Shown piece by piece: positions 49,407 to 59,949 of a DNA stretch of 64,000 nucleotides. The stretch is taken from the NCBI GenBank assembly GCA_013177855.1, contig JABLYA010000001.1, positions 2,000,983-2,064,982 of the forward strand. Reading direction: 5' to 3'. Source of the stretch: Ignavibacteria bacterium. GTDB lineage: Bacteria > Bacteroidota > Ignavibacteria > Ch128b. The notes under the pieces are model-generated. The model made no database searches. It was not told the origin of the DNA and saw only the letters and a program-made list of their open reading frames with translations. The translations under genes were made by a program, and so were the position numbers. Numbering within the stretch: the first letter of the stretch is position 1; each line of letters starts with the position of its first letter.

Positions 49407-51875
49407 ATGAAATATCCTGCTAATGAGATTGAACTTAAATGGCAAAAATACTGGGAAGAAAAACAGATCTATAAAACAGATTTGAATAATACAGAAAAAA
49501 AACTTTATTCACTTGTAATGTTTATTTATCCAAGTGGAGCAAAACTTCACATCGGACACTGGTACAATTATGGTCCAGCAGATTCATGGACACGATTGAA
49601 GAAACTTCAGGGTTATAATACTTTCGAACCAATGGGATACGATGCCTTTGGTTTGCCTGCCGAGAATTATGCAATTAAAACTGGAATTCATCCTCAGGAC
49701 AGCACATTACAAAATATTGAAGATATTCGAAGGCAATTGAAAAGAATTGGCGCAATGTATGATTGGGATAAAGAGTTGATGACCTGCGTGCCTGAATATT
49801 ATAAATGGAATCAATGGCTGTTTCTTAAACTTTACGAGAAAGGACTTGCATATCGAAAAAATGCACCCGTAAACTGGTGTGAATCCTGTCAAACTGTTCT
49901 TGCAAATGAACAGGTGAAAGCTGATGGAACCTGTGAAAGATGCGACAATCCAGTCGTAAAGAAATTCTTGACTCAATGGTTCTTTAAGATCACTGCTTAC
50001 GCTGAAGAGCTTTTGCAGGATCTGGATAAAATTGATTGGCCTGAAAAAACTAAGACAATGCAAATTAACTGGATCGGAAAAAGCGAAGGAGTTGAAATTG
50101 ATTTTATTGCTGAAGAGACAGGAGATAAAATCACAGTTTTTACAACAAGACCTGATACACTTTTTGGCGTAACTTATGTAGTTCTTGCTCCTGAACATCC
50201 TCTCGTGGAGAAACTCACAAAACCAGAGTTTAAGAAAGAAGTTCAGGCATATATCGATAAAGTGAAATATGAAACTGAAATAGAAAGACTTTCAACCGTA
50301 AAAGAAAAAACAGGAGTCCCGCTTGGTTCTTATGCAATCAATCCAATTAACGGAGAAAAAGTCCCAATCTGGATTGCTGATTACGTTCTTGTAACTTATG
50401 GAACTGGTGCAGTTATGGCTGTCCCAGCTCATGATGAAAGAGATTTTGAATTTGCAAAGAAATTCAATCTCCCGATTAAAAAAGTAATTCTTCAACCAGG
50501 AACTAAGGAAGGAGATGAGTTAGTTGCAGCTTATGTTGAACCAGGTTTGATGATAAATTCTGGCGAATTCACTGGATTGAATTCTGAAGAAGGTATAAAG
50601 AGAATTTCTGATTATATAGAACAAAAAGGGCTTGGAAAGAAAAAAGTTAATTACAGATTAAGAGATTGGTTGATTTCTCGTCAACGATACTGGGGAACAC
50701 CTATTCCAATAATTCATTGTCCTGTTTGTGGCGAAGTTCCTGTACCCGAAAAAGATTTGCCAGTTGTTTTGCCTTATGATGTGGATTTCAAACCAACAGG
50801 TGAGTCTCCATTACTTCGTCATGAAAAATTTATGAATGTAAAATGTCCAAAGTGCGGAGCTGATGCTAAAAGAGATCCTGATACAATGGATACATTCGTC
50901 GATTCATCCTGGTATCATTTGCGTTATTTAAATCCAAAGATTGAGAATGCGATGTTCGATGTAGAACTTGCGAATAAATGGATGCCGGTTGATAGTTACA
51001 TTGGAGGAGCCGAGCATGCGACAATGCACCTTCTTTATGCAAGATTTATTCATAAATTTTTAAGAGATCTTGGTTTATTGAAATGCGATGAACCTTATTA
51101 CAAACTTCGACATCAGGGAACAATTACGAATATGGGTGCAAAGATGTCGAAGTCAAGAGGAAATGTTGTTAATCCCGATGTGTTCGTTGAAAAATATGGC
51201 TCAGATGTTTTTCGAATGTATTTGATGTTTATGGGCCCTTACGATATGGGCGGTGATTGGAGCGACCAAGGAATAGTTGGAGTGAACAGATTTGTAAATC
51301 GTATTTACGAACTTTATCAAAAATTCTCTCCCGTATTAAAAGACCATAGAACTCTCAATCAAATTGATTTCTCCAAATTAAACGGTGATGAGAAATTTAT
51401 TTATAAAAGAATTAATCTCGGTCTGAAAAAAGTCATTGAAGATATTGATACTCTTCATTTCAACACAGCGATTGCATTTTTAATGGAATTATTAAATGAC
51501 TTTTCTAAGCTGAATTCAATTCAGAACAAAGATTTGATTTATTATACTCTCGAAAGATTTGCATTTATGATTGCTCCACTTGCACCACATCTGGGTGAAG
51601 AATGCTGGTCATTACTTGGCAAGGAAAAAAGTATATTTGAAGAACCTGTCTGGTTCGACTACGATCCAGCTGCTTTGGTTCAAGAAACTTTTACTTTAGC
51701 AGTTCAGGTAAATGGAAAATTAAGAGCAGCTATTGATTTCGAAATTGATACTCCAGAAGAGGAGATTAAAGCAAGATCAAAAGAAGATCCGAGAGTGAAA
51801 AAATTTATTGATGGGAAAGAAATTGTTCGTGAAATTTATGTGAAGAATAAAATCCTGAACATTGTTGTCAAATGA
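49407..51875 (+). CDS. leuS: Leucine--tRNA ligase
   Basis: HIGH (HIGHWYNY) and KMSKS motifs, CP1 editing domain, 822 aa. Confidence 0.95.
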   Translation: MKYPANEIELKWQKYWEEKQIYKTDLNNTEKKLYSLVMFIYPSGAKLHIGHWYNYGPADSWTRLKKLQGYNTFEPMGYDAFGLPAENYAIKTGIHPQDSTLQNIEDIRRQLKRIGAMYDWDKELMTCVPEYYKWNQWLFLKLYEKGLAYRKNAPVNWCESCQTVLANEQVKADGTCERCDNPVVKKFLTQWFFKITAYAEELLQDLDKIDWPEKTKTMQINWIGKSEGVEIDFIAEETGDKITVFTTRPDTLFGVTYVVLAPEHPLVEKLTKPEFKKEVQAYIDKVKYETEIERLSTVKEKTGVPLGSYAINPINGEKVPIWIADYVLVTYGTGAVMAVPAHDERDFEFAKKFNLPIKKVILQPGTKEGDELVAAYVEPGLMINSGEFTGLNSEEGIKRISDYIEQKGLGKKKVNYRLRDWLISRQRYWGTPIPIIHCPVCGEVPVPEKDLPVVLPYDVDFKPTGESPLLRHEKFMNVKCPKCGADAKRDPDTMDTFVDSSWYHLRYLNPKIENAMFDVELANKWMPVDSYIGGAEHATMHLLYARFIHKFLRDLGLLKCDEPYYKLRHQGTITNMGAKMSKSRGNVVNPDVFVEKYGSDVFRMYLMFMGPYDMGGDWSDQGIVGVNRFVNRIYELYQKFSPVLKDHRTLNQIDFSKLNGDEKFIYKRINLGLKKVIEDIDTLHFNTAIAFLMELLNDFSKLNSIQNKDLIYYTLERFAFMIAPLAPHLGEECWSLLGKEKSIFEEPVWFDYDPAALVQETFTLAVQVNGKLRAAIDFEIDTPEEEIKARSKEDPRVKKFIDGKEIVREIYVKNKILNIVVK

Positions 51876-51992
51876 AATTTTCTTTGAGGAAACTTTACAA
51901 TCTATGCGTGGTTGCGATTACTAAAACTACGGAAGTATTGACTCGAAAAGTTTATAAATTAAATGAAATTAATAATAAAAAAGAGGTTTTGA

Positions 51993-53273
51993 ATGTTAGA
52001 CCTGAAATTTATTCGCGAAAATCCTGAGCTCGTAAGACAGGCAATAAAGAATAAAAATGAAAAAGACAATCTAGACCAATTACTTCAACTCGATTCAAAA
52101 AGGAGAGAATTGTTAAAACAAGTTGAAGATCTAAAGTCACAAAAAAACAAAGCATCTGATGAAGTTGCCAGACTTAAAAGAGAAGGGAAAGATGCCAGTG
52201 AGATAATTCAGAAAATGAAATCTGTTTCCGACGAAATCACAAATCTTGATAAACAACTCTCAGAAATCGAAAAGCAAATTGATCAAATACTTTTATTCAT
52301 TCCCAACATTCCACATTCATCTGTACCTGTTGGAACAGATTCAACTCAAAATGTAGAAGTAAGACGCTGGGCACCAGAAGGTTATTCGTATGAATTAGAA
52401 AATGGGAATTATCTTGATCATCTTGCTCTCGGAAAGAAATTAGGCATACTTGATTTTGAAAGAGGAGCAAAAATATCTGGCAGCGGTTTCCCTGTTTATG
52501 TTGGTAAAGGTGCGACACTTGAGAGAGCATTGATAAACTTTATGCTCAATTATCATATTGAAAAGCATGGTTATAAAGAAATTTTTCCGCCATTTCTTGT
52601 CAATCGTGCATCGATGATTGGAACTGGTCAAATTCCAAAACTTGAAGAAGATATGTACCATTGCGAAGAGGATGATTTGTTCCCAATTCCAACTGCCGAA
52701 GTTCCAATTACAAATTTTTACCGTGATGAAATTTTAAAAGAAGATGATTTACCAATAAAATTTGTCGGCTATTCTGCCTGCTTTAGACGAGAAGCTGGAT
52801 CTTATGGCAAAGACACAAAAGGATTTTTAAGAGTTCATCAATTTAATAAAGTTGAAATGGTAAAGTTCGTTAAACCGGAAGATTCTTATGATGAACTTGA
52901 AAAACTTGTAAACGATGCCGAAGACATTTTGAAAGAATTAAAAATCCCATATCGAGTTATGCTTTTGTGTACTGGTGACTTGAGTTTTTCAGCAGCAAAA
53001 TGTTACGATATTGAAGTCTGGGCTCCAGTCGAAAAGAAATATCTTGAAGCTTCTTCCTGCAGTAACTTTGAAAGTTTTCAGGCCCGAAGAGCAAATATCA
53101 GATTTAGAAGAAAAGAGGGTGGTAAACCAGAGTTCGTTCATACATTAAACGGAAGTGGACTTGCAACTTCACGATTGATGGTGGCTATTATGGAAAATTA
53201 TCAAACACCTGAAGGTAAATTAATTGTGCCTAAGGTATTGCAGAAGTATACAGGTTTTGAAATTATTGATTGA
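51993..53273 (+). CDS. serS: Serine--tRNA ligase
   Basis: N-terminal coiled-coil arm and class II motifs (FRRE, GLATSR). Confidence 0.95.
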   Translation: MLDLKFIRENPELVRQAIKNKNEKDNLDQLLQLDSKRRELLKQVEDLKSQKNKASDEVARLKREGKDASEIIQKMKSVSDEITNLDKQLSEIEKQIDQILLFIPNIPHSSVPVGTDSTQNVEVRRWAPEGYSYELENGNYLDHLALGKKLGILDFERGAKISGSGFPVYVGKGATLERALINFMLNYHIEKHGYKEIFPPFLVNRASMIGTGQIPKLEEDMYHCEEDDLFPIPTAEVPITNFYRDEILKEDDLPIKFVGYSACFRREAGSYGKDTKGFLRVHQFNKVEMVKFVKPEDSYDELEKLVNDAEDILKELKIPYRVMLLCTGDLSFSAAKCYDIEVWAPVEKKYLEASSCSNFESFQARRANIRFRRKEGGKPEFVHTLNGSGLATSRLMVAIMENYQTPEGKLIVPKVLQKYTGFEIID

Positions 53274-53408
53274 AAATAAATTCACTTAATTTAAGTTTGA
53301 AAAGCTTTGAATCTGGCTGAATATTGATTGTTAAAATCACAAAAAATATTTTTGATTAGTAAACAAGTTATTATCAAAAATCATTAACAACAAAAAAGTG
53401 AGGGCAAT

Positions 53409-54020
53409 ATGAAAAAACTTTATTTTATAATTCTCTTACTTTTCTTTTCGTCAGTTGTTAATGCACAATTAAAATATGGAGTAAAAGGCGGATTTAATTT
53501 CGCCTCTTTTGGTGGTTCTGACGCACAAAACATTAAAAGTCAGACTCGATTCCAATTCGGCGGATTTGTTAATTATTCATTGCCATTTCTCTTTGGTTTT
53601 CAAGCTGAAGCTCTTTATTCAATGAAAGGTGCTCAGCAAAAAGTAACTGATAACTATGGAAATAATTGGACCTTATCATACAATGTTGATTATCTCGAAA
53701 TTCCAGTTCTTGTACAGTTTAATATCCCTCTTGCTGTCCCAGTTCCTTTAACTCCTTATCTTGAAGTCGGTCCATCTCTGGGAGTAACATTATCAGCAAA
53801 AGAAAAGGCTGAAACGCAAGGTTTCAGTCAGGAAAGTGATATTAAAAATGATTTGACAAGTACAGATTTCGGTCTTGCTTTAGGTTTTGGACTTAATGTT
53901 TTAAAAACTTTCGGCGTTAACCTGCGCTATACTTTTGGATTTAATACAATTGATAATACATCGGATCCAGATGATATAAAAAATAGTGTTGTCGCTCTGA
54001 CTTTGAGTTATAGCTTTTAA
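53409..54020 (+). CDS. Small outer-membrane beta-barrel protein (OmpA-like/porin_2 family)
   Basis: Signal peptide; ~8 amphipathic beta strands; C-terminal ...LTLSYSF. Confidence 0.6.
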   Translation: MKKLYFIILLLFFSSVVNAQLKYGVKGGFNFASFGGSDAQNIKSQTRFQFGGFVNYSLPFLFGFQAEALYSMKGAQQKVTDNYGNNWTLSYNVDYLEIPVLVQFNIPLAVPVPLTPYLEVGPSLGVTLSAKEKAETQGFSQESDIKNDLTSTDFGLALGFGLNVLKTFGVNLRYTFGFNTIDNTSDPDDIKNSVVALTLSYSF

Positions 54021-54045
54021 TTGATTATCTAAAAAGTTTGAAATA

Positions 54046-54086
54046 AGTCAGTTAGAGACACTATCTCTAACTGACTTTTTTATTTT
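54046..54086 (+). terminator. Rho-independent terminator
   Basis: 13-bp stem agtcagttagaga/tctctaactgact with loop cacta, then tttttatttt. Confidence 0.85.
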
Positions 54087-54284
54087 AAATCCACTTTGAT
54101 TAAAAAAGTTAATGAAACTAGATACTTTAAAACCAATTCTTCCAATGCTTACAATTCATTTCGAGTTAAAAACTTTCTCTTAAAATTCTTTCAAGCTCCA
54201 TCCAGAATCATTTTTTGTTTTGCTTCTCAAAACTAATTCTCTATTATCAATCAAAATTATATTTTGAAGAAAAAGGAGTGCAGA

Positions 54285-57200
54285 ATGAAATACTTTTACA
54301 TATTTCTATTAGTGAGTTTTACATCTCTTTTTGCGAATGATTTTAATCAGAAAGTTTCTTATAAAATTGATGCAGAGTTAATTCCAGAAAGCAAAATCTT
54401 AAAAGTAAAATCTTTAATGACTTATCAAAATAACTCACCTGATGAATTAAAAGAAATTTATGTTCACATCTACTGGAATTTGTATTCAAAGAACAGTTAT
54501 GCCCGTAAGCTCGCCGAATCTCAAAAAGATTATTATTCACAAACAACAAAAGATGTAGAAATCAAAAAAGTTGTTTTGATGCAAAATGGAAAAGAGAAAT
54601 TGAATGATTACGAACTTGATAATACCGTGATGCGAATTCCATTAGTTAATCCATTAAAATCTGGTGAAACATTAAATCTTGAAATTGAACTCGAAGAGGA
54701 AGTTCCGCCTGAAGGCTTAAGAATGGGATATTACAAAAGATATTTTTCAATTGCTCACTGGTTTCCATCAGTTTGTGCTTATGACAAATTTGGCTGGCAC
54801 AAAGATCAGTATCTTGGTACAGGTGAATTTTATGAAGAGATCTCTGACTTCGAGGTCAATATAACTTTACCAGAAACTTTTCTGATTTTTTCCACAGGAG
54901 TTGTTCAAAATTCCGATGAAGTTTATTCTAAGGAAATTTTAGAAAGATTAGCTCAAGCAAAAAATTCTTCTCAACCGGTTCGCATATTTAATCCGCCAGA
55001 TAAGATTGAAACGAATGATATAGAACTCAAGACTTGGAAAATTAAAGCTGAAAATGTTAGAACTTTTGCATTCACCGCGTATGAAGATTATCTGTGGGAT
55101 GCGGCTTCAACAGGTAGTGTTTTAGTTCATACCGTTTACCCAAAATCGCTTGAATATTTTTATAAAGAAGAAGGAATGAAAGCTGCGCTTCACGCAATTA
55201 AATTTTATTCAGAAAAAATTGGACCTTATGTTTATCCTCAAATGTTTGTAACTGTGGGTGGATCAACTGGAGGAATGGAGTATCCAGGAATTGTCTTTAT
55301 GGGGCGTGGACAGATCGGCGGAATTATGTCTAAAAATACTGCTTCAGTTATTATTCATGAGATTGGTCACAATTGGTTTCCTATGATGCTCAACTCCAAT
55401 GAAGTTGAATATGCTTTTCAGGATGAAGGATTTAATACATTCTTTACTACTCTTGCAATGGAAGAACTTTATGGCAGAGAGAAAAATAGATTTCAACTTG
55501 ATGGATCGTTAGAAAAGTTGATAAGCAACTCTGATATAAGAACCGAAGATTATGCCGAAGTTATATCTTATCAAATGACAGGCTATTCTGAACCAATTAT
55601 GACTCACTCAGATCGTTATGAACAGACTTTTGCATATTTCCCAAATTCATATTCAAGAACTTCGATGAATTTGTTTATGCTTCAATATGTGATGGGCGAT
55701 GATGCTTTTAATGAATTGTGGAGAGAATATTACATCCATTTTTTGTTCAAGAAAATTTATCCTGAAGATTTTTTCAATTTAGCGGAGGAGATTTATCAGA
55801 AATATCATGGAAGAAAGTCACTTCGATGGTTTTTTGATCAATGGTTCTATAAGAATTACAAACTTGATCTCGCACTTGTCAAATGTAAGTATGAAATTAA
55901 AGACGGAAAATTTTTAACAACAATCGGAATTGTGAATAAAGAACAGGCTGTAATGCCCTGTGATGTTGTAATCGAACTTGAAAATGGTTCAAAAGTTACT
56001 TTATGGTTAGATGTTGACGATTTCACAAAAGGAAGCAAATATGCTTCAAAGTCAATTTTACTCGATGCAAAACCTATAAGAGCTGAAATTAATCCTGATA
56101 AACGCCTGCTTGATATAAATCGATTAAATAACTCTTCAGGTTTTTTGCCTGAAATTCAATTTGGACTAAAACCAATCATGGAATTGAATCAATTTCCTTT
56201 TGATTATAGAATTTATTTCTATCCTACTCTCTGGTTTAATAACATTGATAAACTTAAAATTGGTGCCGGACTTGAAGGTAAATATCTTCAGGATCAAAAA
56301 TATTTTGATATAAATTTTTCAACAGGAATAGGATTGAAAAAGTATTCTTTGGCAGGTGAAATAACTTTGGGCGATAGATTAAGTTTTTTAGGTCCACTTG
56401 CCTATGGTTCAATCAAGTATTTCAATCTCGAAGGAAGAAGAGGATTGAAGGTAAAAGTCGATAAAGAATTTGCTAAATACTACAATCGAAATCCAAAGTT
56501 TGATGTTTCTATCTCGGCAAACTACTTTGATGCTTTTGATGATAGATACTTTGAAAGTGAAAAATTTGATTGGGTTAAATATAATGTTTCTCCTTCGCTC
56601 TATTACAAAGAAGTGTATCTTCAAAGAAAATATTTATATCTCGATCTAAACTTCACTTACAAGAATAACTGGCAATATTTTAGAACTAAATTTGATCTTA
56701 ATTACAAAAGCGGACTCGTGAGACAATATGTTTATAAATATTTAGATTTAAGTTCGTTCTGGCCACTACCTCCGAACGAGTATGATTTGGAGAAAAGGTA
56801 TCTTCAATTTCAAAAGTTAAGTGTTAGCTTTTTACAGGAATTCAGACCAGAAAATTTTTTCACATCAATTAAATTAAGACAATATGTAGGTGTAACGCCT
56901 AATAAACTTCCAAAAGCAACAGAATTTTATCTGGCTACTGTTGATCCAATTGAAGAATTTGATTTGCCATTTTACCGAACTTATGGATTTATTTCGAGGA
57001 ATTTCAGACAGAATCATTCTGTTCCAAACGGCGGTGGTTTTATGCGAGGTTACTATAAGAACAATTTGTCGGATGATTTGATTACAGTTCTCAACACAGA
57101 GATTAATTTTGGTAAAACTTTTTCTTATCTCGGTACTTTTGGAAAAATAATCAGTTTGCTGAATCCTTCGTTCTTCTTTGATTATGGAAATGTTTGGGCA

Positions 57201-57431
57201 AATCAGATGGAATTTAATTTCAAAGCTTTTAAATATGACTGGGGTCTCAGTTTCTCTTTAATTCCACAACTTGAACCAGCCGTTGAGCAAGCACTAAACA
57301 GAATTAATCCATTTAGTAGAACCGGGATTCAGGATGTGCGATTTGATTTTCCGCTTTATGTGAGTCATCCACCAGCTGGTGAGAATAAATTTCAATTCAG
57401 ATGGTTGATTGGATTTAGAAGTGAGCTTTGA
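54285..57431 (+). CDS. M1-family (gluzincin) metallopeptidase fused to a ~500-aa C-terminal beta-barrel-like domain
   Basis: Signal peptide MKYFYIFLLVSFTSLFA. HEIGHNWF plus a downstream E (HExxH-x18-E). The C-terminal half alternates hydrophobic residues and ends FRSEL. Start at 54285 has RBS aaggag. Confidence 0.7.
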   Translation: MKYFYIFLLVSFTSLFANDFNQKVSYKIDAELIPESKILKVKSLMTYQNNSPDELKEIYVHIYWNLYSKNSYARKLAESQKDYYSQTTKDVEIKKVVLMQNGKEKLNDYELDNTVMRIPLVNPLKSGETLNLEIELEEEVPPEGLRMGYYKRYFSIAHWFPSVCAYDKFGWHKDQYLGTGEFYEEISDFEVNITLPETFLIFSTGVVQNSDEVYSKEILERLAQAKNSSQPVRIFNPPDKIETNDIELKTWKIKAENVRTFAFTAYEDYLWDAASTGSVLVHTVYPKSLEYFYKEEGMKAALHAIKFYSEKIGPYVYPQMFVTVGGSTGGMEYPGIVFMGRGQIGGIMSKNTASVIIHEIGHNWFPMMLNSNEVEYAFQDEGFNTFFTTLAMEELYGREKNRFQLDGSLEKLISNSDIRTEDYAEVISYQMTGYSEPIMTHSDRYEQTFAYFPNSYSRTSMNLFMLQYVMGDDAFNELWREYYIHFLFKKIYPEDFFNLAEEIYQKYHGRKSLRWFFDQWFYKNYKLDLALVKCKYEIKDGKFLTTIGIVNKEQAVMPCDVVIELENGSKVTLWLDVDDFTKGSKYASKSILLDAKPIRAEINPDKRLLDINRLNNSSGFLPEIQFGLKPIMELNQFPFDYRIYFYPTLWFNNIDKLKIGAGLEGKYLQDQKYFDINFSTGIGLKKYSLAGEITLGDRLSFLGPLAYGSIKYFNLEGRRGLKVKVDKEFAKYYNRNPKFDVSISANYFDAFDDRYFESEKFDWVKYNVSPSLYYKEVYLQRKYLYLDLNFTYKNNWQYFRTKFDLNYKSGLVRQYVYKYLDLSSFWPLPPNEYDLEKRYLQFQKLSVSFLQEFRPENFFTSIKLRQYVGVTPNKLPKATEFYLATVDPIEEFDLPFYRTYGFISRNFRQNHSVPNGGGFMRGYYKNNLSDDLITVLNTEINFGKTFSYLGTFGKIISLLNPSFFFDYGNVWANQMEFNFKAFKYDWGLSFSLIPQLEPAVEQALNRINPFSRTGIQDVRFDFPLYVSHPPAGENKFQFRWLIGFRSEL

Positions 57432-57654
57432 TAAAAGTTTCCCTGAAGAAATTGAAAAAGTAAAATGAGTTGGTTTGAAAAAGTTGAACATTAATATGAA
57501 AACTTTAATTGTTTCTAAAATATTTTTGTGAGCAACTGCCTTTTAATATTATGTAGTCGTTGTGTTTATTATTTTTACGAATAAGATTTGAATTGAAAAG
57601 ATTAATTCAATTAACTGAAAAAATTTAATCATTAAAAAAACCTAAAAGGATCAA

Positions 57655-58566
57655 ATGAATAAATTAGCACTTGCACTCGGTGGAGGTGGAGCAAGGGGAC
57701 TTGCACACATTGGCGTTCTCAAAGTTTTTGAAGAACAGAAGATAAAAATTGAAGCCATTTCTGGTTGTAGTATGGGAGCAATTGTTGGCGGGTTATATGC
57801 TTATTTCGGTAATGCAAAAGCCGTTGAAGAATTTGTATTTGATACAATCTCAAGCGAAAAGTATAAAGAGCTTGGAATCGATAAATTAAGCAATAGGAAG
57901 GATTCCAGCTTTAGATACCTTGAACAGTTCTTTGATTTTATTGGAACGAGTATTCAGATTTTAAAAGCAATAAATCGAAATTCTTATTTTGATGAAGAAC
58001 TAACTGAAGAAGTTTTTGATTTCATTCCCGATGTTGATATCGAAACTCTGAAAATAAAATTTTTTGCAGTGGCGACAGATTTAATCTCTGGACAGGAGAT
58101 TGTTTTTTCAAATGGCAGTTTGAGAAAGGCGCTTAAAGCAAGTGCAGCTATTCCTGGAATTTTTCCGCCAGTCAAATATCGCGGTTATTATTTGGTTGAT
58201 GGAAGTGTGACCGACCTTGTACCAGTTACGATACTGAAAAATTCAGGCTATGAAAAAATTTTGGCAATTGATGTTGTGAAAAGTCTTGAAAATCCAGAAC
58301 CTCCAAAAAATATAATTGAAGTTCTTTATCGGGTTGAAAGTATCTCTTCCTATCAACTTTCCGCATTGCAACTTAAAGATGCTGACTTTTTGATTTATCC
58401 CGATGTTAGAGAGTATGATTGGTCTGATTTTCGGTTTGCTAATGAGATAATAAAACAAGGTGAAATTGCCGCAAAATCAATTCTGAATGAAATAAAGAAA
58501 CTTTATAATGCAAATATTTTCTTTTTCCGTTTAAGAAAACTATTGGATCGAATTAAAAACAAATGA
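57655..58566 (+). CDS. Patatin-like phospholipase
   Basis: GGGxRG oxyanion motif (LGGGGARG), GCSMG serine elbow, and DGSV catalytic Asp. Confidence 0.85.
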   Translation: MNKLALALGGGGARGLAHIGVLKVFEEQKIKIEAISGCSMGAIVGGLYAYFGNAKAVEEFVFDTISSEKYKELGIDKLSNRKDSSFRYLEQFFDFIGTSIQILKAINRNSYFDEELTEEVFDFIPDVDIETLKIKFFAVATDLISGQEIVFSNGSLRKALKASAAIPGIFPPVKYRGYYLVDGSVTDLVPVTILKNSGYEKILAIDVVKSLENPEPPKNIIEVLYRVESISSYQLSALQLKDADFLIYPDVREYDWSDFRFANEIIKQGEIAAKSILNEIKKLYNANIFFFRLRKLLDRIKNK

Positions 58567-59336
58567 ACTATCCATTAATCGTTGCTCATCGCGGCTACCC
58601 ATCGAAAGCTATTGAGAATACAATTGAATCGTTTCAAATCGCATTTGAAAATGGAGCTGATTTTGTCGAAGGTGATTTCTGGTTAAGTGCTGATGATGAA
58701 ATTATTTGTATTCATGATGAGGATTTGGTTAGAGTGACAGATAAAGAGTCCTCACTTAATGTTAAAAGTTCAAATCTGGCTGCGATAAAAGCTGTAAATT
58801 ATCTTGAAAAAAATTTTGACCAGAAATTGATTTTACCAACTTTAGAGGAAGTTCTTTTAAACATTCCATCGGGTAAAGGTTTGTTTATTGAAATCAAGGA
58901 TACCCTTTTGAAATTTGTGGATGTCTTAAAATCAAAAATCGAAAAATTAAATTTCCCTGCTGAAAGGTTAAGGATCATCTCTTATCATTCGCATATTTTA
59001 AAGTATTCGAAATCGATTTTACCTGAGATTAAAACATATTTAATCTTTGATTGGTTTTTGACAAGAGAAAAATGTAAAAATAAAGTTGTCTTTACGAGAT
59101 TTTTACAAATGCTGAATGAAATTACTTGCAATGGAATTGATTTGTGTTTCTCTCAAAGCATTAATATGGAATTTGTGAGTAAGGTGAAACAAGCGGGTTT
59201 TGAAATCGGAATTTATGATGTTAATGATGAGAAACAATTACAAAAAGTTATTGATCTAAATGTAAATTTTATTACGACAGATTTCCCCGATCTTGCTTAT
59301 GGAATTTTATACAAGTCCAAACAATCTGAAATTTGA
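58563..59336 (+). CDS. Glycerophosphodiester phosphodiesterase (GDPD family)
   Basis: VAHRGYPSKAIENT...EGDFWLSADDEIICIHD are GDPD catalytic motifs. 4-nt overlap with the patatin gene. Confidence 0.85.
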   Translation: MNYPLIVAHRGYPSKAIENTIESFQIAFENGADFVEGDFWLSADDEIICIHDEDLVRVTDKESSLNVKSSNLAAIKAVNYLEKNFDQKLILPTLEEVLLNIPSGKGLFIEIKDTLLKFVDVLKSKIEKLNFPAERLRIISYHSHILKYSKSILPEIKTYLIFDWFLTREKCKNKVVFTRFLQMLNEITCNGIDLCFSQSINMEFVSKVKQAGFEIGIYDVNDEKQLQKVIDLNVNFITTDFPDLAYGILYKSKQSEI

Positions 59337-59417
59337 AATTGTAAATGACAGATTTTAGTTGAGGCTCGCGGTTTTAAAAAAGATAATTCGTTCATAAGAA
59401 AATTTTAGAATTAAGTG

Positions 59418-59700
59418 AATAACCTCTAATTGCATTCGGTAATTTAGTTCAAAAAAGATTATACAACCCCGAAGGATTTAAATGTGATTCGCCCCGAATT
59501 ACATTCGAGGTTAAGAATAATAAATAAATCATTCAACCTTGAAGGGGTTGAATGTGAATATCTTCGATTAGCGTTCGAGTTTTTGAATGATTAGAAATTT
59601 CTTCAACCCTGAAAGGGTTGAATATGATTAGCCCCGAATTGCATTCGGGGTTAAGAATAAGAAATAAATCATTCAACCCTGAAGGGGTTGAATGTGAATA
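59418..59700. repeat. Intergenic tandem ~70-bp repeat (3.5 copies), each with two 9-bp-stem hairpins (ttcaaccc-tgaa-gggttgaa; accccgaat-tgc-attcggggt)
   Basis: attcaaccctgaaggggttgaatgtgaata begins at 59531, 59601 and 59671. The (a)gccccgaattgcattcggggttaagaata part recurs at ~59489 and 59629. Confidence 0.8.
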
Positions 59701-59918
59701 ATCGCTCATAGTCTAATTAAGTTTTACTTTTATTCAATCGATTAATGGCTAATTAAATTAAAACATCTTCTAATTATCTCTAACGAACTGAGATTAATAA
59801 TTTCTGATCAATAAAACAGGTTCTATTAATATTTCCCCTTTGAATGAAAAAATTGAAAACTTCTTTAAACGACTTAAATCGTTTTGAAATGGAATAAAAT
59901 ATTTAATCTAAATTAAAA

Positions 59919-59938
59919 TGAGATTCAGATTTATCTCA
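59919..59938. terminator. Possible bidirectional hairpin terminator
   Basis: tgagat-tcagattt-atctca flanked by A/T runs, just downstream of the minus-strand AKR gene. Weak. Confidence 0.3.
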
Positions 59939-59949
59939 ATTAAAATAAA

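Noticed and set aside
59418-59700. Possible CRISPR array (30-nt repeat every 70 nt)
   Set aside because: The 'spacers' between repeats are themselves similar to each other (gccccgaattgcattcggggttaagaata recurs), there are only ~3 units, and the repeats are degenerate. No cas genes are nearby. It is better explained as a REP/MITE-like tandem repeat.
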